A stretch of 64,000 nucleotides of DNA from Eledone cirrhosa (lineage: Eukaryota). The stretch lies in assembly GCA_964016885.1 (NCBI GenBank), contig OZ024740.1:151280001-151344000 (forward strand). Reading direction: 5' to 3'. Positions within the stretch are counted from its first letter, which is position 1; each line of letters opens with the position of its first letter. Shown one piece after another: positions 37,735 through 51,896 of this stretch. The position numbers and the translations under genes are program-made. The notes below the pieces were generated by a model. It was not told where the DNA came from, did no database searches, and saw only the letters and a list, made by a program, of their open reading frames with translations.

Positions 37735-40522
37735 GTAGCAATTAACAGCGCTGCGATCGAATGTGGCTTTTTAGCCCAGCCAATGATCTAAAATGTCTTG
37801 CACAGAGTTGGCAACCAACACATTCACTGAGAATAGCCGGCTGTGGCTAGAGTTCATGTACTTTTTCATGTCGTTTGAGCCCTCCTGCTGATTTACATCC
37901 TCTACCACATGCTTGGCAAGCATGATGAGTAGCATCTCCAACAGCAGCCTGGTAGTTAACCACTGGTTTTACTTTATGACTGCGACGATGACTTTCGAGT
38001 CCAGCTTTGCTTAGGCAGGGTCTCGCACAGACGCTGCATGTCAGCACCATAGGAAGGACTTTCGCCGTCTGGAAGTGCAACAGCAATGCCCTTCCTCACA
38101 TCCCACTTTACTTTCTCGTATGCGATTCGAGATGCGTCAAAGGCAACTTTTCCCTCATATACAGTCGTTCTTCATTTATTAAGAGCAGCAGCAACATTTT
38201 CCCATGTATCAGCAGAGATGTTAGCGTCTTTCAAAGAGGCTTTCAAGGAATCCTTATACCTCTTTTTTGGTTTATGTGGCAGTCGTTTTCCTTTAACTAA
38301 CTCTCCATAAAAGAGTTGTTTTGGTATTCTAGAATCCTTCATCATGGCAAGGTGACCACTCCAACGGAGTCGTTGCTTAAGCACAAGAGTTTCACTGATG
38401 TGGTCCCTCCAGTGAACGCCATGGATCCGTCTGAGACACATCTGATGGAAACGCTCCAATTGCTTAAGGTGGTGTCGATATGTGACCCACGTCTCGCAGG
38501 CAAAAAGAAAAGAAGAGAGCGCATATGCCTTGTACACCTTTACCTTTGTCTTCTTGCATATGTCTCGCCGACTCCAGAGTTGCCTTTCTAGCTTTCCGAA
38601 AGCATCACTTACTTTCCTAATCCTGAGTGGGATTTCATTATGAAGGTTGCTGTATTGATTGACAGTGCTTCCCAGGTAGACAAACTGATCAACCATTCCA
38701 AGTCGTTTGCCATACACATAGATGTTTGGTTCACTGTACTGCTTACCAGGGGCAGGTTGGTACATGAAGACGGTTTTCTTGAGACTGACAGTCAATCCTA
38801 GGGCAGTGCAAGCATCAGAAAATGCATTCAAAATGTGCTGCATATCACTCTCTGTGTGCGCTACAAGATCGCAATCATCTGCATACAAGAGGTCTCTTAT
38901 GATTGATGTAAATACGTTTGTTTTTGCAGCAAAGCGCCTGATGTTAAATATGCTGCCTGAGGTTCGATATCGGATGTAAACACCATGCTTGCAATTCCTG
39001 AATGCAATATAGAAAACCATTGCGAAGTATATGGCAAACAGGGTCGGTGCTGGAATATCCCCCTGTTTCACTCCATTTTTACTGAGATAGGCTCCGACAT
39101 GTTGCCTCTAACATTAATCCAAGCCTTCGTGTCGTCATGGAAAGACCTAACCAAAGCAAGGAACTTTATCAGGGCAACCAAGTTTCTGGAGAACCTTCCA
39201 TAATGTATTTCTGTTAACAGTATCGAAAGCTTTTGTCAGATCGACAAAAACCTGATACAGATCCAAACCTTGTTCCATGCACTTCTCCTGGAGCTGTCTA
39301 GCTGAGAAGATCATATCAGTAATGCCGCGTCCAGCACGAAAACCAGATTGACTTTCAGGAAGAACACAATCTACAATGTGTGTCAGCAGACGGTCCAGAA
39401 GCACCCTACATAAAACTATCCCTACGACAGAAATAAATGATATACCTCTCTAGTTCACACAATCATTCCTGTTACATTTTCCCTTGTACAAAACCACCAT
39501 TACTGCATCTATCCAGTCCTCAGGTAGGGATTCATTAGCCCATATCCTTCCAAACAAAGAGTGAAGATGTTTCAGGAGTCTCTCACCACCATATTGTAGG
39601 AGCTCTGCATGTATGCCATTCATACCTGGAGACCTTGTTCAGCTTTGAGATAGCCACTGCAACCTCCACAAGCGTCGGAGGTTCTGCGAGAGCTACTTTC
39701 ACAGGACTTTCTGGAATGAGATTGAAGAAATCTTCATTGACGACAGACGGCTGATTCAAAAGCTAATGAAAGTGCTCTCGCCACCTTCGTAGAATTTCTT
39801 GTGAGTCACGAAGAAGTACTTTGCCATCCTTGCTGCGAAGCGGTCTCACCAGAGAAGAAGACGGTCATGCAAGAGACTGTACAACAGCTTTGTGTTATTG
39901 GAATCTGACGCAGTTTGTATCTCATCAACCTTCTCACTCCTCTACTGATCCTTCATCTGAGAAAGACTCCGCCGAACACGGGATTTTACATCCTTGAGTT
40001 CTTTATGCAACACATCCTTCTCCTGTGGTTTTGCCGTCAAGTAGCGTGACAGAGCACGCCTCTTATCAGCCAACAAGTCTCCTATATGTTCATCATTCTT
40101 ATTAAACCAGTCTTGATGTTTTCTCTGCACCAATCCCAGAACACGCCTGCCTACATCATAAACCGACTTTTTAAGAGTCGCCCAATCCTCACCAAGATCT
40201 GCAACCTGCATCTCTTCCTGCAATGTCCTCTTCACATTTTTATCCCTAAGACGAACAGGATTCAATCTTCTGGGCAGGGCAATACCAGGAGCCCGGATTT
40301 TACATTTAGTGATTAGTTTCATTTTTGCACGTATCAGGCGGTGGTCCGTCCAGCACTCAGCTCCACGAAGAGTACGAACACACTGCACGTCCCATCTGTC
40401 ACGCATCCTGAGTAGGGCGTAGTCCAAAAGATGCCATTCCTTAGATGCAGAATGCATCCATGTGGTCTTAAATTTGTTCTTTTGTTGGAACATGGTGTTG
40501 GTAACACACAGGTCCAGCTCCT
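37735..40522 (-). mobile_element. 5'-truncated RTE (BovB-like) LINE, frameshifted, ending at a (TG)n tract
   Basis: Endonuclease C-terminus WHLLDY...WTDHRL; RT LPESQSGFR, FVDLTKAFDTV, LLYADDC, RLRWSGHL; two C-terminal C2H2-like motifs. Confidence 0.95.
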
Positions 40523-41169
40523 CGTGTAGGGAGCTTATAGATAGGACAAAAACGCTGTCTTTTCGTAGGGTAAGTTTTCAATTAATTTTTGTATTCTGAA
40601 ACATCAAAATACAACAAAGTTTTGCTCACTGGACTCGGGAATATCATAACAGAAGTTTGTGGAAGTTACACAAATATTTTCGTATATTTTGCCAGAGCAA
40701 TCCTTATTTATATTTTACATTTTTCATTTACTTACATCTCAATATAACATGGCTAAAATTCAAATTTTGCAAAGAAAAGAAAACGGACAAATGAACTAAA
40801 TACATCTCCCCCCCCCCCCGTCACCCCGATGACGTCTACACTCTCTCCCTACCACCACATTTACATTTACACATGTCATTACCCTTGTAGACTGAAGTCA
40901 CCGACCTGTTGTCAAACTCTCTACTCTGTGTTGAATGTGTGAGTGTATATATATGTATGTATATGTATATCACCCAGTCAAACGACCAGATTTCAACGCC
41001 AACATCTACAACAACAACACTGTCACTAATGTTTACAGCAACAACATCTTCAGAATGAAATGACATACATACATACAAACATGCATACATACATGATGGC
41101 TGCCTCCTCGTTATCGAATATGCCCATTGCACGATATACCATTATAAATAATTATTAATTAATTCTATC

Positions 41170-41700
41170 GTGCAATGCCTGTGCGTGAAGATATTAAAAC
41201 AGATGGCACTAAGGAATACTGGTGGAACCTGAAAATAAAAACTGCCACCAAATTAAAGCACAACCGGCCTGATATTGTTGTTTGGGACCACACATTGAAA
41301 ACGTGTTCTGTTGTGGAGATCACCTGCCCACTTGATGTAAACGTTGTCAGAAAAATACAGGAGAAGGAGGACATCTACGGACCATTGATGAAGAGTTTAC
41401 AAATCCAGTATCCAAGATACACCTTTAGCTTCATACCCATCATTATTGGAGATACGGGTTATATAAAGTACCAGTAATACACTGGGTCATTGCTGGCCTT
41501 GTGCCAAATGTAGAAACAATTATTGGAGATACGGGTTATATACCAACCCGCTTGGACCAAAGTATGACTGAACTTGGATTTGCGGACAAAAGGCGAAGCT
41601 CCCTAATTCATAGTCTACAAATGGCTGCGATAGCTGGCACCTTCAAAATTTGCAAAACATTCTTGCGATTCAAGGGATGACAATTTCTTTTCTTTTACAA
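41170..41700 (+). mobile_element. 3' fragment of a REL-endonuclease non-LTR element
   Basis: YWWNLKIKT..KHNRPDIVVWD..VEITCP..KEDIY..FIPIIIG. Confidence 0.8.
41466..41518 (+). mobile_element. 53-bp SINE family 1 3' end with 24-bp target-site duplication
   Basis: attattggagatacgggttatata at 41442-41465 and 41519-41542. Confidence 0.88.
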
Positions 41701-42246
41701 CCTTGCCACCAGGAAGGTGGTCGGTCAAAACAAATATACTCGAAATTAAGAGAAAGAGATAACATACATACATAAGTACATATATACATACGTACGTACG
41801 ACGTTCATACATATTACCAATTCTGACATCTTTCGCCTGTGAGTTCTATTAATAATGGAATAATGTCTCGTCGAAAGTTGCAAGCAGGAAGTACGTTAGT
41901 GAACACTTACGTTTATTATTCATGTGAAAATGAAGAAGTTACTAGATTTCGGGAGTTGGAGTAATGTCTGCAAAGAACGGCGTCACGCAATGATGCCAAA
42001 ATTGGACTATTTAAAGAATTGTAGAGGAGTGATGACTTGTTATTTCTGTTATTGTTGCTGTTGCCGCTATTGTTGTTATTGAAATATTTGCCGCTGTTTC
42101 TGTTGTTATTGTTAGTTGTGGGTGGGAAACGTGATATCATGGTGGTAGTGCTGGTGATGGTTGTGATAATTGTTGTTGCTGTGTATGTATTTATATCATC
42201 ATCACTATAACAAATACCACCATCACCACCACACACACACACACAC

Positions 42247-42294
<48 letters not shown>

Positions 42295-42295
<1 letters not shown>

Positions 42296-42386
42296 TAGGT
42301 TTCCCAAAAATGTATACACACTTTGATTACCTATATATTTTTTAGAAAGCTGTTGAAGTGTGTACACACTTTTTGGGGATACCCTG
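42295..42386. mobile_element. Tc1/mariner-type MITE
   Basis: ~30-bp imperfect TIRs (ggtttcccaaaaatgtatacacactt / aagtgtgtacacactttttggggataccctg) with TA flanks. Confidence 0.7.
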
Positions 42387-42439
42387 TATATATAGTGATC
42401 ATGATGTTTATATAAAGAGGTGGTTGTAATAAAAACAAT

Positions 42440-42942
42440 ATTTCTATATTTGGCAAAAGGCTAACAATTTGAAGGAAGGAGAGAATCGATTAAATCGGCC
42501 GCAATTTGTTTCTGGTACATAATTTTATTGACCTCGTAAGGATGAAAGGCAAAAATTAACCTCGAGAGGATTTGAACTCAGAATATTAAAGGCCCTAACT
42601 ATATACCAATATTGCCATTTCAGTGCATTAGTGGTAGTTGTAGTCATGGTTTCTGAGATAGGCACAAGGCCATCAATATTAGAGGAGTGGAAAGTCGATT
42701 AAATCGACCCCAGTGCGTGACTGGTACTTTATTTTATCGACCCCGTAAGGATGAAAGGCAAAAATTAACCTCGGCGGGATTTAAACGTAAAGCGTCGTAA
42801 CTCTATGCTGCTAAGCATGATGTTCGACGCCCTACCGATTCAGCTAATCCACCGTCAGTGGTGGTTGTAATAACTGTTTCTACTTTTGGCACAAGGCCAG
42901 CAATTAAATCAGTGCATTACTGGTACTTTATTTTATCGACCA
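42440..42942 (-). mobile_element. Cluster of three SINE family 1 copies
   Basis: Core repeated at ~42515, 42720 and 42920. Confidence 0.8.
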
Positions 42943-43319
42943 GGTACGTGATGGTCTTAATAATGGCGGTGCTATAGTAGCTGATGTCAATATTGGCGGT
43001 GATAATAATGGTGCTACTAGTGTTCATATTTGTTGTTATTGTTGAGGTGGTGGTGGTGGTGGTGGTGGTGGTGCTAGGTGTGGTGTTTGGTATTGAAGTA
43101 ATGATGTTGACATTCGGGATTTAGTGGTGGTTGTATATATGGAATGGTAATAGTGTTAAGTTATAGAGTTTATTGGCGTAGTCGTTATTTTGATGTTGGT
43201 CCTGTTGGCAAATAATGCACGTCATCATCATCATCATCATTATCCTCATCACTATTATCCTCTTCACTATCATCATCATCGTCATCAAGTATTACTACTA
43301 CTACTACTACTACTACTAC

Positions 43320-43375
<56 letters not shown>

Positions 43376-43380
<5 letters not shown>

Positions 43381-46170
43381 CTAAACTTAGAAAATTGAAA
43401 AAAAAGTACAGTATAAAATCAACAAGTGACATAGACATGCTGATAGAAATAATCAAACAAAAAGTGTCGGCCAAAGCTGCTCGTATAAGGCGCTTTGAAA
43501 AACGATCTAGATTCTATAAAGATAATAATATGTTCAAAAACAACCAAAGAAACTTCTACAGAAAAATTTGTAAGTCAACAATAACTGCTAAATCAATACC
43601 ACCCAAGGAGGAAGTGCAATAATTCTGGGAAAAGATCTGGCCGAAGAAAAAGTTCATAACATACATGCCCCATGGATAGACAGACAAATGAAAGATACAG
43701 CTCACCTTGAGGAACAAATATGGGAAAATATAAGTTGAACAGTTGCGCTTGGCTCTAAGAAAAACCAGCAAATGGAAATCCCCAGGAAAAGACAAAATAC
43801 AAAACTTTTGGATAAATGCCTTCACAGAGTCTCATGAGCTGTTTGCCCAACTTTACAATGAACTAGTTAAGGAGCCAGAAAAGATACCATCATGGCTAAT
43901 TAACGGCATTACATTCCTGCTTCCGAAGAATGATGAGACAAACAATCCCAAAAATTACAGACCGATAACTTGCTTGACCACAATGTATAAAATTTTAACA
44001 TCAGTCCTAACTGAATACACATATGACCACCTGATAACAAATGACCTATTTCCCATTGAGCAGAAAGGGTGTAAACGAGGCTCTTATGGCTGTAAGGATC
44101 AGCTTCTGGTTAACAAAATGATACTGGAAGATTGTCATAATAGACACAAAAATCTATCGATTACTTGGATAGATTATAAAAAAGCATTCGATAGTTTGCC
44201 ACACAGTTGGATTGAAAAATGTTTAGAGATTTTCAAAATATCCCCCGTTGTCAGGAGGTTTTTGTCATTCAGTATGAAGACATGGAAAACGACACTCCTT
44301 TTGAATAGTGAAACAAAATCACTGGAAGCTGGAGAAGTTAATATTAATTGTGGAATTTTTCAGGGTCACTCTTTATCACCGCTTTTATTCTGCATCGCAC
44401 TTATACCATTAAGTAAAATGCTCAATGAAACAAAACATGGATATAAAGTCTATGACAAAACCATTAATCACTTGTTCTACATGGATGACCTGAAACTATT
44501 TGCAAAAAATGATGAACAATTGCAAGGGCTATTATCCACTGTGGAGCAGTTCAGTGATGACATTAAAATGGAGTTTGGACTAGACAAATGCGCCAAAGCA
44601 ACGTTCACCAGAGGAAAGCTGCTGAAGAGTTCAGACATTAATCTTGATCAGGGGAACGTGATAAGAGAACTTGATCAAGAAAAAACTTACAAATATCTAG
44701 GTGTTTGTGAAGGAGACGGAATTAAGCACACGACAATGAGGGAAAGGATAAGGAAGGAATGTTACCGCAGAGTAAGAGCAATCTAAAGAACGGAATTGAA
44801 TGCAAGGAATAGGATCGATGCCATAAACACGCCTGCCATACCAGTAGTAACCTACAGTTACAATGTCATCAACTGGTCAAGCACAGAGATCCGTAGGCTC
44901 GATACAAAAATTCGAAAACTCTTAACCATGCACAGAATGCATCACCCTAAGGCAGATATAGATAGAATATATCTCCCTAGGAAAGAAGGAGGACGTGGGT
45001 TAATCCAGTTAGACATTGCGTTGAAAACTGCAACAATTGGATTATCTACATATCTAAGGGAATCACATGATTGGATGATCAAACTCGTTTTGAAACACGA
45101 AAGCATCAAAAGATCATATTCCATTACAAAAGATGCACAAAGATACAGTAATGGACTACAAATTTCAGAAGTCCCATTTACTGCTGAAATGGAAAACACA
45201 GAAAAAGCAAAGCAGGTAAAAGTAACTGCAAAGAAAGAACTGCTACAGAAACTGGCTAAGAAATGGCAAGAAAAGCCTCTGTATGGAAAATACCCAGAGC
45301 GAGCTAACAATCCTGATGTTGACAAAACTTTAACCCATCAGTGGTTGGCATCCTCTGGACTGAAATCGGAGACTGAAGGACTGATTATATCAGCACAAGA
45401 TCAGTGTCTGCCAACAAAAAATTACCAAGCCAACATAATAAAAAATGGATGCAGCCCATTATGCCGTGTATGCAAAAAAAACCAGAGACCATTGACCATA
45501 TAATTTCAATGTGCAGTCCTATAGCTCTAACCGAATACCTAAACAGGCATGACAGAGCTGCACAATACATACATTGGATAATGTGTAAGCATTTTGACCT
45601 GCCCCATCAAAAGAATTGGTGGGAGCATCAACCACCTCCCATACTTGAAAAAGATCACATCTCAATCTTGTGGAACTTTAGCATCCAAACAGACCGAAAA
45701 ATAGATGCAAATAGACCTGATATAATATTGAAGGACTTCAAAAAGAGGGTATGCCTGCTAATTGATATGTCTGTTCCAATAGACAAGAATGTATCTATAA
45801 AAACATTTGAAAAATTGAGCAAGTATAAGGATCTGGAGATAGAAATTGGAAAAATGTGGAAATTGAGAACTAAAACAATACCAGTAGTTGTAGGCGCTCT
45901 GGGAATGATACCTAAGGGGTCTAATGATTACTTATCGCAAATCCTAGGAAACCCGTGTATAGGAGAAATACAAAAGATAGTACTAATGGGAACTGCCCAT
46001 ATACTAAGGAAGATTCTGTCAATATAAGTACATCACAAGTCTAAACACTAAAGATGCATGTGTGAGTATGTATGTTCTTTCTTGAACATGGCGGACCTTG
46101 TTGTCTCTTGAGTTCACTGGTTGTGACTTGGTGATAACTCGTATGAACATAAAGCAAGATAAATGCAACT

Positions 46171-46171
<1 letters not shown>
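43376..46171 (+). mobile_element. 5'-truncated R4/Dong-clade non-LTR retrotransposon inserted in (TAA)n
   Basis: RT WKSPGKD, NYRPITCL, WIDYKKAFDS, FYMDDLKL; CRVC..ETIDHIISMC zinc knuckle; REL RPDII..IDMSVP..KLSKY; two in-frame stops and a frameshift; (TAA)n on both sides. Confidence 0.95.
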
Positions 46172-46205
<34 letters not shown>

Positions 46206-46206
<1 letters not shown>

Positions 46207-46613
46207 GGGTATGCCTGCTAATTGATATGTCCGTTCCAATAGACAAGAATGTATCTATAAAAACATTTGAAAAATTGAGCAAGTATAAGGACCTGGAGAT
46301 AGAAATTGGAAAAATGTGGAAATTGAGAACTAAAACAATACCAGTGGTTGTAGGCGCTCTGGGAATGATACCTAAGGGGTCTAATGATTACTTATCGCAA
46401 ATCCCAGGAAACCCGCGTATAGGAGAAATACAAAAGATAGTACTAATGGGAAGATTCTGTCAATATAAGTACATCACAAGTCTAAAAACCTAAAGATGCA
46501 TGTGAGTGTATGTGTGTTCTTTCTTGAACATGGCCAACCTTGTCGTCTCCTGAGGTCACTGGTTGTGACTTGGTGATAACTCGTATGAACATAAAGCAAA
46601 ATATATGCAACTG
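46206..46613 (+). mobile_element. Second short 5'-truncated copy of the same Dong element
   Basis: Near-identical to 45746-46171, with a small deletion; followed by (TAA)n. Confidence 0.95.
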
Positions 46614-46654
46614 TAATAATAATAATAATAATAATAATCATAATAATAATAATG

Positions 46655-47072
46655 ATTTCTTTATTAACCACAAGGGTTTACACAAAGTAAGATATTAAGG
46701 ACAGTACAGGACAATGCAGGACAATACACGACAACACAGGAAGGTACAAATATGACATTTCTGCGTGTAAAACAAAACAAAAACAGAGGATGTAACAAAA
46801 AAGAAACAATGAAAAATTCCCCAATAGGGGGGAGACTTCCGAGGGCCATCGTGGAGAAAGCCCATTAAATAAGCCACGGTGAACCTGACCACCAGGGCAA
46901 GTGCCCTCTCCCAGTTTTCCACCTTCAATTTACAGGCACATACTCACTCGGGCCATTCTTGCCTCTCTCACCCATCTTTCAACAAAATGCTGGGAAGAGA
47001 GCTTTTCCCTCTCTACCCTGATTTTCCTTTTCAAAGGAAATTTGAAAAAGTTAATCAGGGCATCACCGAAGA
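46655..47072 (-). mobile_element. 5'-truncated Tx1 LINE 3' end
   Basis: Homologous to 59701-60090 (tttctttatt..ccacaaggg; cactcgggccatt). Confidence 0.8.
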
Positions 47073-47094
47073 TGTAAGTGCTCGTAATGATAAT

Positions 47095-47275
47095 AATTGT
47101 TTCTACTTTTGGCACAAGGCCAGCAATTATCCCAGTGTATTACAGGTACTTTATTTTATCGACCCCGTAAGGATGAAAGGCAAAGTTAACCTCGGCGGGA
47201 TTTGAACTCAGATCATAAAGGGCCGTAACTCTGTGCTGCAAAGCATGGCGTCCGACCCTCTACTGAAACTGCCAA
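47095..47275 (-). mobile_element. SINE family 1 copy, well preserved
   Basis: Full core and tRNA-like head. Confidence 0.85.
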
Positions 47276-49641
47276 AATAATGATAATAATAATAATAACA
47301 ACACTAATAATAATAGTAATAGTGATAATAATAACAACATCAACAACAATTATAACAACAACAACAAAAATAATAACAACAACAACAATAGATTCTTTAA
47401 AAACAATAATTATTATTAGCATCATCATCATAAAGAACACAGTCGCTGTCATCCTCACCAAAACTTATTTCGTCTCCTCTCTCACCGCCTTCACACCTTG
47501 TATTATATATCTATCTTGTAATAGGATTACAATAAAACACAACAGATAAACTACATAGTAAGTCCTGAGGATGATGATGATAATTGAGGAGGGGGGTGGA
47601 TGAATTTGAAGAAAATGGTCGTACATAGAAGAAGAAGAAGAAGAAGAAGAAGAAGAAGAAGAAGAAGAAGAAGAAGGCAGTAAATAGTTTAATAAGGGTT
47701 AAAAGAGCGATGTAGGAATGCCATAATAATTACATTCATTTAGTAATTAATTTAAGGTCACGTGGTTCCTCCCAAAATTATCTTTGCCACCTGCAATTTC
47801 ATTTGTCAAACCTTATCTCATCTGACCTCTTTCTAAACCCGGAGCAACTATGAGAAAAAGTGTATGAGGGTAGGAAATAAGACAAAATGACTAGAAACGC
47901 CAGGGCAGCTACCCATTTCTTCACAACAGTAATTACCTCTACTTTCTTTCTAGCTGTCAGTATTAATCTAAAGAACTATAATCAGGGTGGATTAGCGGTG
48001 ATCTGTGCTCAGCTATAATTGTGTGCGATTAGGATTAATCCGAGAAGGCCGGTTGTGGGTGGAAGAAAGGAATCTAGAACAGACAGCTAACATATACAGC
48101 TGCATGTTTAGAAATGTATATGCCTGTGTGCGTGTGTGGATGCGTATGGGTGCGTATGTCTTTGTGTTTGTGTGTGTGTTTGTATATGTGTGTCCGTGTA
48201 CGTGTTGCTGTTGTTGTTGCTGTTGGATCTCCGTCAGATAGATTCGGCGACGAGTTTTCCAGTTGTTCGAACATTGGAGTAGCCTACTCGTGAAATTAAC
48301 GTGCAAATGACTGAGCCTTCTACAAACGCATGTGCCCTCAACCTATTTCTCAGCGTGTGACAAAGCTGGCCTTGTTACAACTCATGTTTGCCAACTTAGT
48401 ATACTAGAGTAACGTGAAATAAAGTGTTTTGCTCAACGACACAAGGCTGGCGTCGAAATCCATTTACGATCTTGTGGTCAACACCCTAACAGTAATATAT
48501 GTGTATGTACGGGAGAGTTTATATATACAGTATATATATATATATATAGACATATATATCCTGTGAACAGGAAAGTTTATATATGTGAGAATATGTGAGA
48601 GAGTATGTGGGTGGATGTGAGCGTGTGAGTAGACAACTGATTCTGCTTAAATGCATACTCAATAATAATATAATTCAGGAAAAACATATTCGGAAGGTTA
48701 AGTATCAATCCCATGTAAATTTTACTTGTAGCATATGTAAACAAAAAGAAAAAGATACATTTCTGTTAAATGCATATTTTGTGAACATCTTTTTGATTTG
48801 ATACGAATAAAATTATTCTGGAGGATTATATTTTCATGATGAATTATAAAGAAATTATATATCACTTTACGTTTACAAATGACGGGTTATACAATGGACC
48901 CCCAACGGTTCCGGTGATGAATTTCCCAGTTATCCAATTAATGGAACAGCCTATTTATGAAATCAACGTATAATTCACTGAGCATTCCACTAACACGTGT
49001 ACCTTTAATGTAAATCGCAAGGAGAGTTAGTGTAACACAACATATGTGACATTGCTGAACCTTTAAATTACAATCAATTCAACAGGCGTCCAGTCGATTT
49101 CCCTCTACCAATTCACTCACAAGACATAAGTTGATCCAGGACAGGTATGGGACACATGTGCAAGATACCACACAGAGGGATCGAATCCGTGATCTAATCA
49201 AGGTGAAGCAAACTTCTTAACCATTCGGTAATATTTCGTCTACTACTGCTGATGTAATTTATTGTTTTTAACTAATTCATATCATTCCATATCGAATTAT
49301 TTCATCGTATTTATTTATATGTAAACATATTCTTCACTAAACATCTTTCTATTGCATATCAAACTTGTAAAATATAGTTTAATCAAGTGGTAAACGGATG
49401 CTAATAACAACAGATTAATTATCATTAGCGTGTTATCGATATGATTAAATTTATTTTCGTCTCTAGTACGTTCTGGTTTAAAATCCCCCTGAGGTTAACT
49501 TTGCGTTTCATTCTTATGGAGTGGATAAACTGTTAAATACTGAATCTAGTATGATCGACATCTTTCGTTCAAAATATTGTTTGCCTTATGCTAATTAGAA
49601 ATTATCTATCTATATATATATATATGTATGTATATATATAT

Positions 49642-49802
49642 AAGTTTATCCCGGGTTTAATCGGGGGTAAGTAAGGTTCTCAATACAAAGCAGAGTATAA
49701 ATATTTAATATAGAAAGGCTTCTACATCACTAGAACAGTTTCATTCGGGAGAAATCCTGATGATTTCTCCCGAATGAAACAGTTCTAGTCCTGTAGAAGC
49801 TT

Positions 49803-49810
<8 letters not shown>
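49642..49810. repeat. Second head-to-head insertion of HHR family E between (TA)n tracts
   Basis: CTGATGA 49757-49763...GAAAcag..ctgTAgaagc; arms 49709-49756 and 49762-49810; left arm homologous to the reverse complement of 32232-32350. Confidence 0.85.
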
Positions 49811-49880
<70 letters not shown>

Positions 49881-50152
49881 TGTTTTACCTGTTCCAGCCA
49901 TCCGGCTGAGGCCATGGTGAGGCACCGCCCTTTTTGCTACACATTTTATCTCCAGCCTGTATTGGTTGGCCACTGGTGTAAGAGAGAGTTTAGGTATGTA
50001 TTTTATATATATATATATTTTTTATATATATATACGAAGTGTTAAAACGATAAAATGTTTGTTTAGATCAATTGTTTCTTCCAGGCTAGTACTTAGTACT
50101 ATCCTACATATTCATAGTTATATCAAACATATATAAATATAAATATTCTTAT

Positions 50153-50196
<44 letters not shown>

Positions 50197-50720
50197 GCAC
50201 ACACAAACACACACATATGTACTCTTTTACCCTTTTACCTGTTCCAGCCGTCCGGCTGAGACCATGCTGGGCCACCGCCCTGTATACCATATATATATAT
50301 ATATACAATGTTGCTTGGCCGAAATAAAATATAAGTAAATAATGTGTAAGAAGTTTTGTTGTTGTTAAGACATATTTATGACTTGTAGCTTAGGTAATTG
50401 GAGAAGATCAAAGAGAATTTTGAAGTATGATAAAGAATTAATCTAACAATTGAAATAATAGTTTAAACATGATAGAACATAAATAAAATCCAAGTAACAA
50501 GAAATGCATTTTATTCTTGGATTATTACATGTGCAACAGAACCACGTTAATTTACTTCTGGGAAAATAATGAAAATAGTAATTTCATGATAACTATGCGT
50601 CTTTGCTTAATTGCATTCTCTGCTTACTTAGAAGAAAATTTTAATTAACGAAGTTAATGTACACACGCACACATACAAACACTCACACACACATATACAC
50701 AAATGGAAAGAGAATGAGAG

Positions 50721-50826
<106 letters not shown>

Positions 50827-50979
50827 GCAAGAGAGAGAAAGGGGGATAAGTTAGCTACTGAATAGTTGAAAGCAAAAAACTCCAAGTAATGATTCAAGAA
50901 ACTTTAGCTTCTAATTATATATAAAGGTACATTTTTTTCGTTTGTAAACGCAAAGGTTGACTCCACATGTATATCTCCT

Positions 50980-51896
50980 TCTTCTTATTATTATTAATAT
51001 TAATCGCTGAGAGGATCGTAGTGGCAAAGTCCTCAAACACTCCTTCCAGCGTATCCTGTCTGAAGCAACCGCCTCCAATTGATCCGTAAAGGATCCCCAA
51101 GAGAGATCAGCCAAGCTCATGGGTGTTATCCAATCACATTCTTCGCTGTCCAACTCTGGGTCTCCTGCCGTTTGGTTTTGTCTGTGAAATCTGTCCAGTG
51201 ATTCTTTCCCGAGACATTCTAACCACATGCCTATAATATCAGAGCTGCGATCTCTCAATTCAGAAAAGTAGCGTCTCTAACTGGAGTGACTTTCTGATCT
51301 CCGAGTTACACACTCTATCGAATAACATTACTCCAAAAACCCTTCGGAGGAACTACATTTCGGCCGATCGTATTCTTCGTTCGTTACTCAAGATTAAATA
51401 CCATAAGTAAGGGTTGGTACGAATACCGAATTGAAGATAGTGAGTTAGACTTTTACACCTACCTCACTTTTTCTGATTACCGATTGCTGAGCTGGCGCTT
51501 TACTTTACCAGTTCATGTAATTCTTGCACTTAATTAAGCCTCCCCGCTTTCATCATTCGTGAACACGGCCTCAAGATACTTGAACTTCTCCACCCTGATG
51601 TCTTTATACGAAAACCCGAGTATTTATATTCAGAGGAATGGTGATCAATTGAAACTATTTAATGTGGGAGTTGGATTCCTCCACGGGTGTGTACTGACAC
51701 CTCTCCTTTCATGAACAGGATTGACATGCGCAGCCGTGTTGTAAGACGTATTACGACTGGTAGAACGTCATGGTGTCACTTAACTTGACAGAAGGCGATC
51801 TCTCACTTGCACTTCATATGTATGATGCCGAGTGCTACGAAAACTGAGACGCTCGTCCTCTCAAGGAAGTCTGCGCAGTGCACACTCTTCATGCGA

